A stretch of 64,000 nt of DNA from an uncultured Gemmataceae bacterium (GCA_963750165.1 CAVVPN010000003.1:1536001-1600000), one strand, 5' to 3'; shown: positions 1 to 9,892, counted from the first letter of the stretch. Numbers and translations are program-made. The notes: generated by a model from the letters alone, not told the origin.

Positions 1-477
1 ACCAAGGAGCATGAGGCCATCCTGGCGGCCGACATGGACGCCCGGAACCTGCACACCGCCCTGCTGCTGGCCGGCGCCGAACCGGGTAAGCCCATCACCT
101 TCCGACCGCAGCTAACTCCGCCCTCCGGGCCGGTTGTCAAAATCAGCCTGCTCTACCGGGACCAGCACGGCCAGCAGGTCCGGGTGCCCGCCCAGCAGTG
201 GGTCCGCCACAACCAGACGAAAAAGCCCTTGCAGGCCGACTGGGTCTTCGTCGGCAGCGTCTTCATCCCCGACCCGCTCGACCCGACCAAACCGCCGTTC
301 TACGCCGCCAACGACGGCAACGTCATCTGCATCGCCAACTTCGAGGACGCCCTGCTGGACCTGCCGATGCTGAGTTCGGCGAGCGAGAACGAATACGAGA
401 CGCACACCGAGCGCATTCCGCCGGTGGACACGCCGGTGCTGGTGATCCTGGAGCCGATGCGGACGCGGCGGCATTGA
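1..477 (+). CDS. YdjY-domain protein (5'-truncated by window edge)
   Basis: Frame is open from base 1 (TKEHEAILAADMDARNLHTALLLAGAEPGKP...WVFVGS...GNVICIANF..ALLDLP), matching the planctomycete YdjY-type pattern. Confidence 0.7.
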   Translation, partial: TKEHEAILAADMDARNLHTALLLAGAEPGKPITFRPQLTPPSGPVVKISLLYRDQHGQQVRVPAQQWVRHNQTKKPLQADWVFVGSVFIPDPLDPTKPPFYAANDGNVICIANFEDALLDLPMLSSASENEYETHTERIPPVDTPVLVILEPMRTRRH

Positions 478-671
478 CCGGGACGCGCGGTGTCCGTCGG
501 ACGCGGCGGGGAGTGTGGCGCGGCTGGAGGTAGGGCGACGGGGCTGGTGGGTGAGTTTGCCACTTTGCCACAATTCAGCTATCCCACGACGTGGCCTTGT
601 CCCGGACTGGCGGCAACTGGCACCGCGACTCCCGCCGCACACTGCACCAATACCACCCCGTCCCGGTGTGG

Positions 672-727
672 GGAAGGGGTCGGGAATCGATTGACGCACC
701 TACGCCAATCGACTCCCGACCCCTTCC
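672..727. repeat. REP-like palindrome
   Basis: ggaaggggtcgggaatcgattg ... caatcgactcccgaccccttcc, a near-perfect intergenic inverted repeat. Confidence 0.7.
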
Positions 728-793
728 GACTCCTGCGCCGCCGGCGCCCGGCTCTGATCCTGATGTACCGAAAACCGCAAGTGACAGCTGCCC

Positions 794-828
794 TTGACGA
801 TCGTTCGCCCTCGCCTCCATAATGGAGG
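794..828 (+). promoter_or_regulatory. sigma70-like promoter with overlapping palindrome
   Basis: TTGACG-18 nt-CATAAT upstream of ORF 870; the palindrome CCTCCAT-A-ATGGAGG (814-828) covers the -10 box. Confidence 0.5.
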
Positions 829-869
829 TGGTTTAGCGTGCTTCGTAGCAGGACAACAGGACCGACAAT

Positions 870-1217
870 GTGGCCCGAAAAACCGACGCCGATGTAGTCC
901 GCGAGGTGAGCGCGGCTGTCGATGCGGCCATTGAGAAAAATCGAAAAAGCGAGCGCCTGGTAATGGCCGCGCTGGTTGCTTTGTTCCTGCTGGGACTTGG
1001 GTTACTGGTCTTTGGGGCGTTCCTGGAGCGGTGGCAACTCCTGGTGCCCGGGGGAATCGTTCAAATAACGATCGTTTTTCCACTTCGACATCTGATTAAA
1101 TTGCGGGAAGAAAACGTCCGCTTGCAAATTTTGCCACAATTGATGCGGTTGGCCGACACCAGGGAAGCGAAATTGCTGGCGGCGAAGTTGGTGAAACGCC
1201 TTACCGAACGGTTTTAA
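870..1217 (+). CDS. small two-TM membrane protein
   Basis: 115-aa ORF with two hydrophobic segments; upstream promoter and AGGA/AGG purine patch. Confidence 0.65.
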   Translation: MARKTDADVVREVSAAVDAAIEKNRKSERLVMAALVALFLLGLGLLVFGAFLERWQLLVPGGIVQITIVFPLRHLIKLREENVRLQILPQLMRLADTREAKLLAAKLVKRLTERF

Positions 1218-1222
1218 TTTCC

Positions 1223-1573
1223 ATGACCAAGGCGACGCGCGAAGCCCTGTTGCAGGTAGACCAAATCCTTCACGAAGCAGGGTGGGATCAACCTCCCCCC
1301 CAACCGCCGGCGCTCACGGAACAGAATTTGGAGGCCATGCGCCTCGCTTACCAGACCCTCTTGCGCAGCGACTACTTCGAGATCTTGCAGAACACGCTCG
1401 GCAAAGGGGCGACCATTCAAGAGGCCAGCCGCTCCCTGGGCATCACGGAAGAAGCCGCCGAAAAATTGTTCGTGGAAGCCATTAATCGGCTCAGCGACTT
1501 TGTGGAAGTGTCAGATGAACAAGGACTGGTGGCGGGCTCCCCGACCGAAACTGCCACCCCGATGGGCCGCTAA
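1223..1573 (+). CDS. sigma70 region-4-like HTH protein
   Basis: AYQTL..DYFEIL....GKGATIQEASRSLGITEEAAEKLFVEAINRL resembles the ECF sigma region 4 pattern; no region 2 is evident. Confidence 0.55.
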   Translation: MTKATREALLQVDQILHEAGWDQPPPQPPALTEQNLEAMRLAYQTLLRSDYFEILQNTLGKGATIQEASRSLGITEEAAEKLFVEAINRLSDFVEVSDEQGLVAGSPTETATPMGR

Positions 1574-1595
1574 AAGATCGCCCCGGAAAGCACCC

Positions 1596-1799
1596 ATGAT
1601 CGCAACCCCTCGCTTGCTCTGTCAGTACGCCGACCTGCTCGCCACCGGCGGTCCCGAATCGCCCGAGGCAGCGGCTTTCCTGGACCGGCACCGCGATGAC
1701 GCAGAGTTCCTGCGATTGGCTGTTGTTTCCAGGGCTTTGTGCAGTCACCTCCAGCGCCCCCTTTCCCATCACCTTTATTCGGCAGAGGCTGTTGGATAA
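1596..1799 (+). CDS. small hypothetical protein (67 aa)
   Basis: ATG at 1596 after GGAAAG; MIATPRLLCQYADLLATGGPESPEAAAFLDRH...; co-oriented with the two upstream ORFs. Confidence 0.45.
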   Translation: MIATPRLLCQYADLLATGGPESPEAAAFLDRHRDDAEFLRLAVVSRALCSHLQRPLSHHLYSAEAVG

Positions 1800-1943
1800 C
1801 AATTACCGACCTCTGCCGCCGCGGCAAGTCCTGGGAGAATAATTTGGTGAAGTAGTACATGTCATGCTGTGGGCCGCATGGCACCGCATGCCACTTGAGC
1901 CTGCGCTGCGTTCGGAGCACTTCCCGTTTCTGGAGATCCCCCC

Positions 1944-2657
1944 ATGCCGCTGCTGGATCACTTCCACCCGCCGCTGTACCCGCAGCGCTCCTGGGAATCG
2001 TTTCACTCGCGCTGGGCCAATTCCATCGCCGACGCCCTGCAGAACACGCTGCCGCCGCGATACGTCGCCGAGGTGCAAATCCACCTCGGCAGCCGCGTCG
2101 AAGCGGACGTGGCGGAGTTCGAGCAGACGAACGTGCCGCCCGGAAATGGTTCGGCCGGCGGCGTGGCCTTGCAGACCTACGCTCCGCCCGCGGCGGCCTT
2201 CGTGCTGCCGGCGGTTTTTCCCGATGACCTGGAAGTCCAGGTACTGGACCAGCGCGACGACGCCCGGCTGGTGGCGGTCGTGGAGCTGGTCAGCCCGCGC
2301 AACAAGGACCGTGGCGAAGCCCGGCGGGCGTTCGCGGCGAAGGGCGCAGCCTATCTCCAGCGCGGCGTCGGCGTCCTGGTGCTGGACATCGTGGCGAGCC
2401 GCGGCGGCAACCTGCACAACGAGTTGATCGGCCTGCTGAACGCCGGTCCTTTCCAGCTGCCACCGGACGTGGATCTCCATGCCGTGGCGTATCGCCCGTC
2501 CCGGCGGGCGGACACGGACGGCGTTGACGTGTGGCCGGCATCGCTGACGCTGGGGGCCATGTTGCCGACGATGCCGCTGGGCGTCCGCGGCCTTGGGCTG
2601 GTGCCGGTCGATCTGGAAGCCACCTACAGCGACGCACGCCAGCGCAGCCGGCTTTAA
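1944..2657 (+). CDS. DUF4058 family protein (PD-(D/E)XK-like)
   Basis: MPLLDHFHPPL...WESFHSRWA...RLVAVVELVSPRNK...DLEATY, typical of planctomycete DUF4058; GGAG RBS. Confidence 0.85.
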   Translation: MPLLDHFHPPLYPQRSWESFHSRWANSIADALQNTLPPRYVAEVQIHLGSRVEADVAEFEQTNVPPGNGSAGGVALQTYAPPAAAFVLPAVFPDDLEVQVLDQRDDARLVAVVELVSPRNKDRGEARRAFAAKGAAYLQRGVGVLVLDIVASRGGNLHNELIGLLNAGPFQLPPDVDLHAVAYRPSRRADTDGVDVWPASLTLGAMLPTMPLGVRGLGLVPVDLEATYSDARQRSRL

Positions 2658-2686
2658 CAGCACAGCCTCCCACGGAAAAAGCGGTC

Positions 2687-2715
2687 CCTCCGGTCGCTGA
2701 CGCTCCCGGCTCGCC
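2687..2715. repeat. half copy of GCTGACGC..CGGCTCGCC REP family
   Basis: cctccggtcgctgacgctcccggctcgcc resembles the arms of the palindromes at 21684 and 38632. Confidence 0.5.
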
Positions 2716-2825
2716 TCAATTCAACGGCGCACCCTACCCGGATTGATTTTTCAAATCGAACTGGCTATCCGGCTGCGAAACAGCCGATGGTTCCTCTGGC
2801 TTATTTCCGCACTGAGGTTTCGAGT

Positions 2826-3026
2826 ATGCCCACCCGAAAGCTACTGGTTCTGATGCTGTTGGCAGTCTGCGCGTCCTTCGCAGGTTGTGCGAACGACGGG
2901 GACAGTCACTATGACGATATGAACACCCTGTGGAAACAGGGATATGGGTACAACAACCCGAACTTGGACCGCGCTGCCAAGGGGCTGCCGCCTCAAAATT
3001 TCGACGGCACCATCTCAAAACGGTAG
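2826..3026 (+). CDS. small lipoprotein
   Basis: MPTRKLLVLMLLAVCASFAG-C lipobox; GAGG RBS upstream. Confidence 0.65.
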   Translation: MPTRKLLVLMLLAVCASFAGCANDGDSHYDDMNTLWKQGYGYNNPNLDRAAKGLPPQNFDGTISKR

Positions 3027-3047
3027 TGCGGATCGGCTCGGCTCCAA

Positions 3048-5208
3048 TCAGTCCACGTACGGGTCGGCGCCCAAATCCTTCAAAATCTCCAGCCGCTGCC
3101 GCTCGTACAGCATCAGGTCCACGCGCTGCTTGTAGTGACGGCCTTCCACGCGCCGCTGGGCGCGGATGAACAGCGGCTGATAACCGTTCCAGTCGCCGCT
3201 CGTGTCGTCGCCGGCGCGCTTGCCGCGCGCTTTCAGCGACTCCTGCCGGTTCGGGCCCAGGCCCTCCAGCAGTTCGTCGTCCAGCGACAGATAAAATTGA
3301 CTGCTGCCCGGGTCGCCCTGACGGCCGGCACGGCCGGCCAGCTGACGGTCGATCCGCCGGGCCTCGTGCCGCTCCGTCCCGATCACGTGCAGGCCGCCCA
3401 GCTCCTTCACCTGCTGCCGGGCTTCATGAAGCCGCTGCCGCTCCTCGATGCCGTCCACCGTCTCCTGCCATTCGTGCGGCGGCACGTCGCTGCGCTGGTG
3501 GTACTTCGCCTTCAGCAGCGACCACGCCAGCGTCTCGGCGTTGCCGCCCAGGATGATGTCGGTACCGCGGCCGGCCATGTTGGTCGCGATCGTCACCCCG
3601 CCGAGCCGGCCCGCCTGGGCCACGATGTCCGCTTCCTTGTCGGCGTAGTCCGGCTTGGCGTTCAGCACCTGATGCGGGATGCCCGCTTCGCGCAGCCGCC
3701 GGCTCAACTTTTCCGACTTGTCCACCGTGCGCGTGCCCACCAGCACCGGCCGGCCCGCCTCATGCAGCGTCTTGATCGACTCCACCACCGCGTCGAACTT
3801 CGCGTTCTCGTTCGGGAAGACGCGATCCGGCAGGTCCTTGCGGATGCAGGCCCGGTTGGTCGGCACGCACACCACCCAGATTTTGTACACCCGGCGGATT
3901 TCGAGCCAGTTCTGCGCCGCCGTGCCGGTCATGCCGGACAGCTTCTTGTACAGCCGGAAGTAGCGCTGGAAGGTGATCTGGGCGGCGTGGTCGGCGGCCT
4001 TGTTGATCGGCACGCCCTCCTTGGCCTCGACTGCCTGGTGCAGCCCCTCGCGCCAGTGGCGGTCGGGCATACGGCGGCCGGTCGATTCGTCGATGATGAC
4101 CACCTTGCCGTTCTCGACCATGTAATGCTGGTCGCGGCGGAAGCGGTAGTGCGAGTGCAGGGCGCGCTCGACGTGCTCGTGCAGTTTGTCCATCGCGTGC
4201 GAGTGCTCGCCCGTCGGCGGGTTCGAGCAGCGCACCTGCTGTTTGCCCTCTTCGGTCAACTCGATCTTCTGCTTCTTCTCGTCCAGCTCGAAATGCTGGT
4301 GCGGCTTCATGAGCATGGCCAGCTGGTTGGCCCAGTGGTAGACGACCTGCTCCTCCTCGGTGGCCACGCGGGTGCCGCCGCTGATGATGAGCGGCGTCTT
4401 GGCCTCGTCGATGAAGATGTTGTCGGCCTCGTCCACCAGGGCGTAATGGTGCGTGCGCTGCACTTTCGGGTCGAGCGGCTTGTCGAACATCTGGCCGGTC
4501 TGCACCCACGGCGCCCAGAACGGCATGGACTGGCCCTTGTCGCCGGCGATCTTCAGGCGGTCGCGCAGGAAGTCGAAACCGAACTCCGCAGCGGTGCCGT
4601 AGGTGATGTCGGACTTGTAAGCCCGCGCCCGGTCCTGGTCGGCCATCTGCTGCTGAATGACGCCGACGCTCAGGCCGACGGCGCTGTAGATGGCGCCGGT
4701 CCACTCGGCGTCGCGGCGGGCCAGGTAGTCGTTGACGGTGGTGACGTGAACGCCCTTGCCCTCCAGGGCGTTCAGAGCGGCCGGCAGCGTGGCCACGAGC
4801 GTCTTGCCTTCGCCGGTGGCGACCTCGGCCAGGGCACCGCGGTGGATGATGACGCCGGCCGCCGAGCTGCACGTCAAAGGGCCGCATGCGCATCATCCGC
4901 CAGGTGGCGGTGCAGACCAGGCCGAACATCTCGGGCAGTAACTTTTCCAGGGTCTCGCCGCCGCGAGCGCGGCCGCGTAGCTGCTGGCCGCGCAGCTTGA
5001 GTTCGGCGTCGCTGAGGCGGTTATATTCCTGTTCCCAGTGACGGATTTTCGGGATTTGCAGGGCCGCATAGGCCAGGCGGCGCCGCGACGGCGGGCCGAA
5101 CAGGGACAGCAGCAGGTTTTTGCCGTGGCCGCCCATCCGGCCGGCGATGTTGCCGATCTTCGGGGCCGCGACCTGCGGGGTGGTGGTAGCGTGCTCGATG
5201 GTTGCCAA
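3048..5208 (-). CDS. secA: SecA-like translocase ATPase (short paralog); +1 frameshift near 4865
   Basis: RPFDVQL / GALAEVATGEGKT, HVTTVNDYLARRDAEW, DEAD, TNMAGRGTDI, RIDRQLAGRAGRQGDPG. The N-terminus is in ORF 3760-5274 and the rest in ORF 3048-4877. TTG start is inferred. Confidence 0.9.
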
Positions 5209-5332
5209 GGGACCTACCCGTGCGAGTGGGTTGAGGCGACACCCCGGCCGACGCCGAGGCGACGCGAGAAACACCAGGGTTAGCGTACCAGATTATTGTA
5301 CGACCGGTGAAGGGAGTTTTTGGCGTGGGGAC

Positions 5333-5480
5333 AAAAAAACCGACCGGCTCGCTGTACCACCTCTCCCATGGCCAGTGCGAACCGATCGGCAAAAATAAAG
5401 CGGGCGACGCGGAATGATGGCGGAAAGAAGACCAGGCCGGCTCGCTGTACCACCTCTCCCATGGCCAGTGCGAGCCGGCC
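5333..5480 (-). ncRNA. candidate small RNA(s): two hairpin + U-tail units sharing a 37-nt core
   Basis: Identical 37-mers at 5344-5380 and 5437-5473; on the minus strand each forms a long stem with a GGGAGAG loop, followed by TTTTTTT or TCTTCTTT. Confidence 0.4.
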
Positions 5481-5710
5481 GGCTTCCGTACCACCCTAAT
5501 CGCAAGTCCCGGACCAATGCCCGTTTTTTTCGCAAGGAATCGCGGCTGCGGCCCGAACACTTTATCAATCACCTATTTGCGATGCTTGCAAGAGACAGCG
5601 GGTTTTCGCGTCCCGTGGGAAGATCGGGGACGGACGCCACAAGGATGTGCGGGGGATGCTTAAAGCGCTGGCAACCGGAGGGGAATCTACACGGTTTGTT
5701 CGCAGTGTCC

Positions 5711-5728
5711 GCGCGAAACGTAAACGGG
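5711..5728. repeat. half copy of CCCGTTTACGTTTCGCGC palindrome family
   Basis: gcgcgaaacgtaaacggg, identical to the arms at 6693, 27076 and 63790. Confidence 0.75.
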
Positions 5729-5740
5729 TCCCGCGCACCT

Positions 5741-6028
5741 TCACGCCGGGAAGAGATCGCGGTTGCAGATGACGGGGTTCCAGGGCCGCAGCTTCCACGA
5801 GACAAAAATGCCGGCCTGGTGGAACGGATCACCCTTGAGGATGGCTTCGGCCTCCTCGGCGCTGGCGGCCTCGTAGACGATGAGGGCGCCGCTGTCGTCG
5901 GTGAACGGGCCGGACGCCGCCAGCTGACCGTTCTGCTTGAGCGTCGCCAGGTACTGGCGATGCGTCGGCCGCACCTGGGCGATCCTGTCCCGGTCCTGGA
6001 TGTACTCGATGATGGCCGCGAATTTCAT
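5741..6028 (-). CDS. YciI family protein
   Basis: RPTHRQYL...ASGPF..DSGALIVYEA.S.EEA....GDPF; start overlaps the stop of the upstream gene. Confidence 0.85.
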   Translation of the reverse strand: MKFAAIIEYIQDRDRIAQVRPTHRQYLATLKQNGQLAASGPFTDDSGALIVYEAASAEEAEAILKGDPFHQAGIFVSWKLRPWNPVICNRDLFPA

Positions 6029-6669
6029 GAGCGCATCTCCATAATGGCCTCGTCCACCGGGGTCGGCGCGGGGGCCGCGGCGAACACCGTGCGCGTCAGC
6101 CAGGCGTGGGCGCCGAACAGGATCGCGCTGAAGAGCAGATCGCCGGCGAAGGTGCCTCGGTAGAACGGCACACCCGCCGCATAGCAAGCCCACAGGCCGC
6201 TCAGAGTGGCCGGGTAGCTGTGCGGGCTGTCCGGCGTCGCCACCGAGGTCAGCCAGACGCCCAGGTTGCTGACGAGGAAGAACTGGACGCTGCCAGCCAG
6301 GGCCGCCCCGCCGACGGCGAAGGGGTTTTCGGTATCGGCCAACCACCGCCCCAGCAAGACGTTGAGCAGGAAACTGCCGTAGACGAACGGCATTGCCGGA
6401 TAAAACAGGCCGTAACCGAAGTGCTGGGCCACGAGCACATCGGTGAGGAACAGCAACAACGGGGGTAGCGCGAACGCCTGCCAGGACCGGAGGCGCGCCC
6501 CGGCGAACAGGGCCAGGGCGCCGACCGGCGTCAGGTTCCAGGGCGTCGGAATCAGTTTGAGCCGCAGCAGCACCGTCAGCACGCAGGCGGCGAGGATCAG
6601 CGCCAGCGTCAACGGCTGCCAGGATCGGGCAGCGGTGGTGTCGAGAGGGTTTGGTTTCATGGTGCTCAT
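6025..6669 (-). CDS. DUF6580-like putative transport membrane protein
   Basis: PWNLTPVGALALFAGA...FFLVSNLGVW...YPATLSGL.ACYAAGVPFYRGT..GDL. Confidence 0.75.
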   Translation of the reverse strand: MSTMKPNPLDTTAARSWQPLTLALILAACVLTVLLRLKLIPTPWNLTPVGALALFAGARLRSWQAFALPPLLLFLTDVLVAQHFGYGLFYPAMPFVYGSFLLNVLLGRWLADTENPFAVGGAALAGSVQFFLVSNLGVWLTSVATPDSPHSYPATLSGLWACYAAGVPFYRGTFAGDLLFSAILFGAHAWLTRTVFAAAPAPTPVDEAIMEMRS

Positions 6670-6692
6670 GATAGGCCGCTCCTGGAGGTTTG

Positions 6693-6742
6693 TCCCCGTT
6701 TACGTTTCGCGCGATTTCAGTTGCGCGAAACGTAAACGGGGA
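6693..6742. repeat. CCCGTTTACGTTTCGCGC palindrome
   Basis: tccccgtttacgtttcgcgc ... gcgcgaaacgtaaacgggga. Confidence 0.85.
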
Positions 6743-6750
6743 GACATCCC

Positions 6751-7752
6751 CTACTTGCCCAGCTTCACGAACGCCGCGTAATGCTGGGCCACCTGGCCGC
6801 TCTGGGCGTCGCCGCTGTGCAGCAGGATGCCGTAGCGCAACCGTAAGTGCTCGCCTTTCGCCAGGCGCACGAGGTCCTTCTGGCCCTTGACCGCCGGGAA
6901 CTTCGACTGGGCGCGGCCGAACGGGTTGGCCGCCATCAGGCCGTAACCGCGGCTGTGCCAGGCCGCGGCGAAGGCGTTGTTCGGGTCGTCGAAGATGGCG
7001 ATACCGGCCGTCTTGCCGCCGATGTCGCCGGAGTAGTCGCACCACGCGGAGCGCTGGCCCCAAACTTCCTTCTCGCCCTTCTTGCCCTCAGCGTTCTCCA
7101 GCTGCCCTTTGCCGCCGGCGGCGCGGATGGCGTCGTTGACGCGCACGCCCAGCGATCCCTCCTTGGTGTCGCCGAAGGTGATCGGGCAGACGCTGGCATG
7201 CAGATCGATGTCCAGCACGAGCAGCCGGGCCTTGCCGAAATTGAAGAACTGCAGCGTGCGGTCCTCGTCCATGATCTTGGTGCCGTCAGCGGTGCGCCAT
7301 TCGTTGTGCGTCTTGACGCTCGCCCGCCGGCCCTGGATCTGCGGCACGTTCACGGAGGTGCAGAAGATCTTGCCGTGGCCCTTCGCCTCCGACCAGAAAT
7401 CGACGCCCGTGACGCCCTTGATCTTGTCCTTGACGACGATGCCCTCGGGGATCACGTCGCCGTGGCAGAACCACGCGGACTTCTGATGTGGGTGGTCCTT
7501 GGTGACGGCGTTGTCCTTCTCCATCGGCCAGGCGCGGGTGACGACAACGCCGCCGGGGGCCGTGAGCGGCCAGAAGTACGGCTTGGGCACCACCGTCGGA
7601 TCGATGAGGTAACGGGCGGCGAGTTCGTCGCCGACCAGGAAATCGATGTGGCCCTTGCCCATCTTGACGTGGACCGGCGTCTTCTCGTCGCCGGTGTTGG
7701 CGGCGGGCAGCGCCAGCCCCAGCAGGGCCAATGGTAGCAGAAACATCTTCAT
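6751..7752 (-). CDS. DUF6807 (so-called PmoA family) exported protein
   Basis: Signal peptide; KPYFWPL..P.G..VTR.WP, DHPHQKS.WF.HG, DFWSE, FGDTKEG, WHSRGYGL.AANPFG. Confidence 0.75.
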   Translation of the reverse strand: MKMFLLPLALLGLALPAANTGDEKTPVHVKMGKGHIDFLVGDELAARYLIDPTVVPKPYFWPLTAPGGVVVTRAWPMEKDNAVTKDHPHQKSAWFCHGDVIPEGIVVKDKIKGVTGVDFWSEAKGHGKIFCTSVNVPQIQGRRASVKTHNEWRTADGTKIMDEDRTLQFFNFGKARLLVLDIDLHASVCPITFGDTKEGSLGVRVNDAIRAAGGKGQLENAEGKKGEKEVWGQRSAWCDYSGDIGGKTAGIAIFDDPNNAFAAAWHSRGYGLMAANPFGRAQSKFPAVKGQKDLVRLAKGEHLRLRYGILLHSGDAQSGQVAQHYAAFVKLGK

Positions 7753-7803
7753 GTGCAACATCCTCCCGGGTGAAGCGCTTCGTTCGTGGTACCGCCTTCA
7801 GTT

Positions 7804-9180
7804 TTACTCCGGCAGCGGTTGGCCGCGCGTCTCGGGGCACCAGAGCAGCAGCAGCGCCCCGACCAGAAACAGGCCGCCGAGCACCAGCATCGCGCCCGGC
7901 AGCGCCTCGCCCGGCGTCCACCCCTCGCGCACCAGATCGCGTTGCAACAGCGCGAACAGCAACAGCACCGGGATGACCACGAGCCGTGCCACGTTGAAGC
8001 AGAAGCCCGCTCCGGTGCCGCGCAGCCGTGTCGGGTACAGCTCCGGGAAGTAGATGGCATAGCCGGCGTGCATGCCCAGCGTGAAGTAGCCGAAGACCGG
8101 CAGCACGAACAGCAGGGCGGTCAGCGACTGCGCCAGCAGGGCCACGACGACGACCATCACGAAGCCGAGCAGGTGAAACAGTGCGAAGGCGCCGCGCCGC
8201 CCGAAGCGCTGGCTGAGCGGCGCGAACGACAGCAGCCCGGCACCGCCGCCAGTGGTCACCAGAAACATCCCGAGCATTTCGTACTGGCTGAGGTACCGTT
8301 TGACGCCCTCGGCGTCCAGCGTGGTCCCCTGCGCTTTCAGGTCCGTCTCGGCCGCGTCGCGCAGCACGTCCTTACCTCGGAAGTGGGCGCCCCAAAAGGT
8401 CGCCAGGCCGATGATCGCCAGACCAGTCGCCAGCAGCGTGTGCCGCCGCAGCGAACCGGCGCGGAACAACTCCGACAGCCGGCCGAGCTTCTGCGTCCGA
8501 TCCGCGACGGCCCGGGCCCGCGCCTCGCGCCAGCTCTCCGGTTCGGCCATGCCGACGCGAATCCACAGGATGAGCAGCGCCGGCACGATGCCCAGCAGAA
8601 AGCCGACGCGCCAGCCGACATCCGCGGCGAACAGGTTGACGAACAGCCCCCCCGCGACGGCGAGAAAGGTGCCGAGCACGGAGGAGGCGTGGAAGATGCC
8701 GGAGGCCGCGGCGCAGGCGCGCGGCGGGAACATCTCCGCGACGGCCGCCGCCGCCACCGCCCACTCGCCGCCGACGCCGAGGCCGACCAGGAAGCGCAGT
8801 ACGGTCAACTGCCAGACATCCTGGGCCAGGGCGGAGACGCCGGTGAAGACGGAGTAAATGGCGATGGTGACGGCCATCGTCGAACGGCGGCCCCAGCGAT
8901 CCGCGAGCATGCCGAACGCGACCCCGCCCAGGGCGCCTCCCGCCAGGAAGGCGCCGATGCCGACGTAGACAAAAAATTCCCGGGTGCTGCGGTCCGCGGG
9001 CAGGTCTGCGTTGGCGAGGAGTATCGGCAGCATCTGATTCATGAGCGAGCCAAAGAGCTGGCCCTCGAAGATGTCGAAGACCCAGCCGGCCGACGCGATG
9101 GCCAGCACCAGCCACTGGGCGCGGGTGACGCCCTGATACCAGGGGCCGGTTGCGGGCGCGGCGGGAGCGGGGGTGCCCAT
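7804..9180 (-). CDS. MFS transporter
   Basis: GMLADRWGRR motif A, RFLVGLGVGGEW, PELYPTRLRGTG, PETRG; about 12 hydrophobic segments. Confidence 0.9.
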   Translation of the reverse strand: MGTPAPAAPATGPWYQGVTRAQWLVLAIASAGWVFDIFEGQLFGSLMNQMLPILLANADLPADRSTREFFVYVGIGAFLAGGALGGVAFGMLADRWGRRSTMAVTIAIYSVFTGVSALAQDVWQLTVLRFLVGLGVGGEWAVAAAAVAEMFPPRACAAASGIFHASSVLGTFLAVAGGLFVNLFAADVGWRVGFLLGIVPALLILWIRVGMAEPESWREARARAVADRTQKLGRLSELFRAGSLRRHTLLATGLAIIGLATFWGAHFRGKDVLRDAAETDLKAQGTTLDAEGVKRYLSQYEMLGMFLVTTGGGAGLLSFAPLSQRFGRRGAFALFHLLGFVMVVVVALLAQSLTALLFVLPVFGYFTLGMHAGYAIYFPELYPTRLRGTGAGFCFNVARLVVIPVLLLFALLQRDLVREGWTPGEALPGAMLVLGGLFLVGALLLLWCPETRGQPLPE

Positions 9181-9223
9181 GCGTCGGGGTCCTTTCGGAG
9201 TGCGGTCGGGCTTCCCAGCGAGG

Positions 9224-9892
9224 TTACTGCTTGCCCAGCAGCAGGTCAACCGCCCAGCACCCGCGGATGTGCGGCCCCGGCTGCCGGCAATGGTTCAGCA
9301 GTTCGGCGTCGGTGCAGCCGGCTTCTTCCAGGGCGTCCGCCAGGACGGGTAACCGGCTGAAGTTGCGGTCCTCGTACATCGCCTGGGCCAACCGGGGGAT
9401 CGTGTTATCGTTCCAGGTCAGCCAGGCATCGTTGACGACCTGAAGCTTGAACGGGTTGCCGAACACCTCGCGGAGCAAGTCGCATTGGGTCCGCTGCTCA
9501 ATAACCTGGCGTGTCGGGTCGGGATGTAAATCATCGTTCAAACGGACGATGCTCAGGGCAGACGTCACAGGCCTTGTCAACGGATCAGAATCCCAAGGGG
9601 AATGACTTACAAAAATGTCCGAGGCCATCTGAACCACTTGATCGCCTAACCCCAATTCGTGAGAAGGATTACTATCCCACGCTTTTCGCAGTTCGTCCAG
9701 GCTCGCTTCATGTTCCGCAAAGCGTTCGACCGTCTCCACCAATTTCCAGCCGTATTCTGCGCTGAGAAGGTGTCCGGTGCGGCGGCAACAGGCCATCAGG
9801 AAGAGCAGCCATTTGCGGTCGCTGCCAATGCCGGCAAGTTGCAGGACCATGCCATCCGGCACGGTACAGGTCTGCCATTCAGGTTCCGTCAT
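9224..9892 (-). CDS. Gemmataceae-type paralog family protein
   Basis: MTEPEW..C..P...RK..LF..ACCRR...LLREVFGNPF...LPVLADALEEAGC.D..LL.HCR.PGPH.RGCWAVDLLLGK. Confidence 0.8.
   Translation of the reverse strand: MTEPEWQTCTVPDGMVLQLAGIGSDRKWLLFLMACCRRTGHLLSAEYGWKLVETVERFAEHEASLDELRKAWDSNPSHELGLGDQVVQMASDIFVSHSPWDSDPLTRPVTSALSIVRLNDDLHPDPTRQVIEQRTQCDLLREVFGNPFKLQVVNDAWLTWNDNTIPRLAQAMYEDRNFSRLPVLADALEEAGCTDAELLNHCRQPGPHIRGCWAVDLLLGKQ

Noticed and set aside
5344..5473. Mini CRISPR array (37-bp repeat)
   Set aside because: Only two copies, a 56-nt spacer, no cas genes, and pairing extends beyond the repeat into terminator-like stems.
6751..7752. Particulate methane monooxygenase subunit
   Set aside because: Soluble exported protein without multiple TM helices or pmoB/pmoC neighbours; the family name is misleading.
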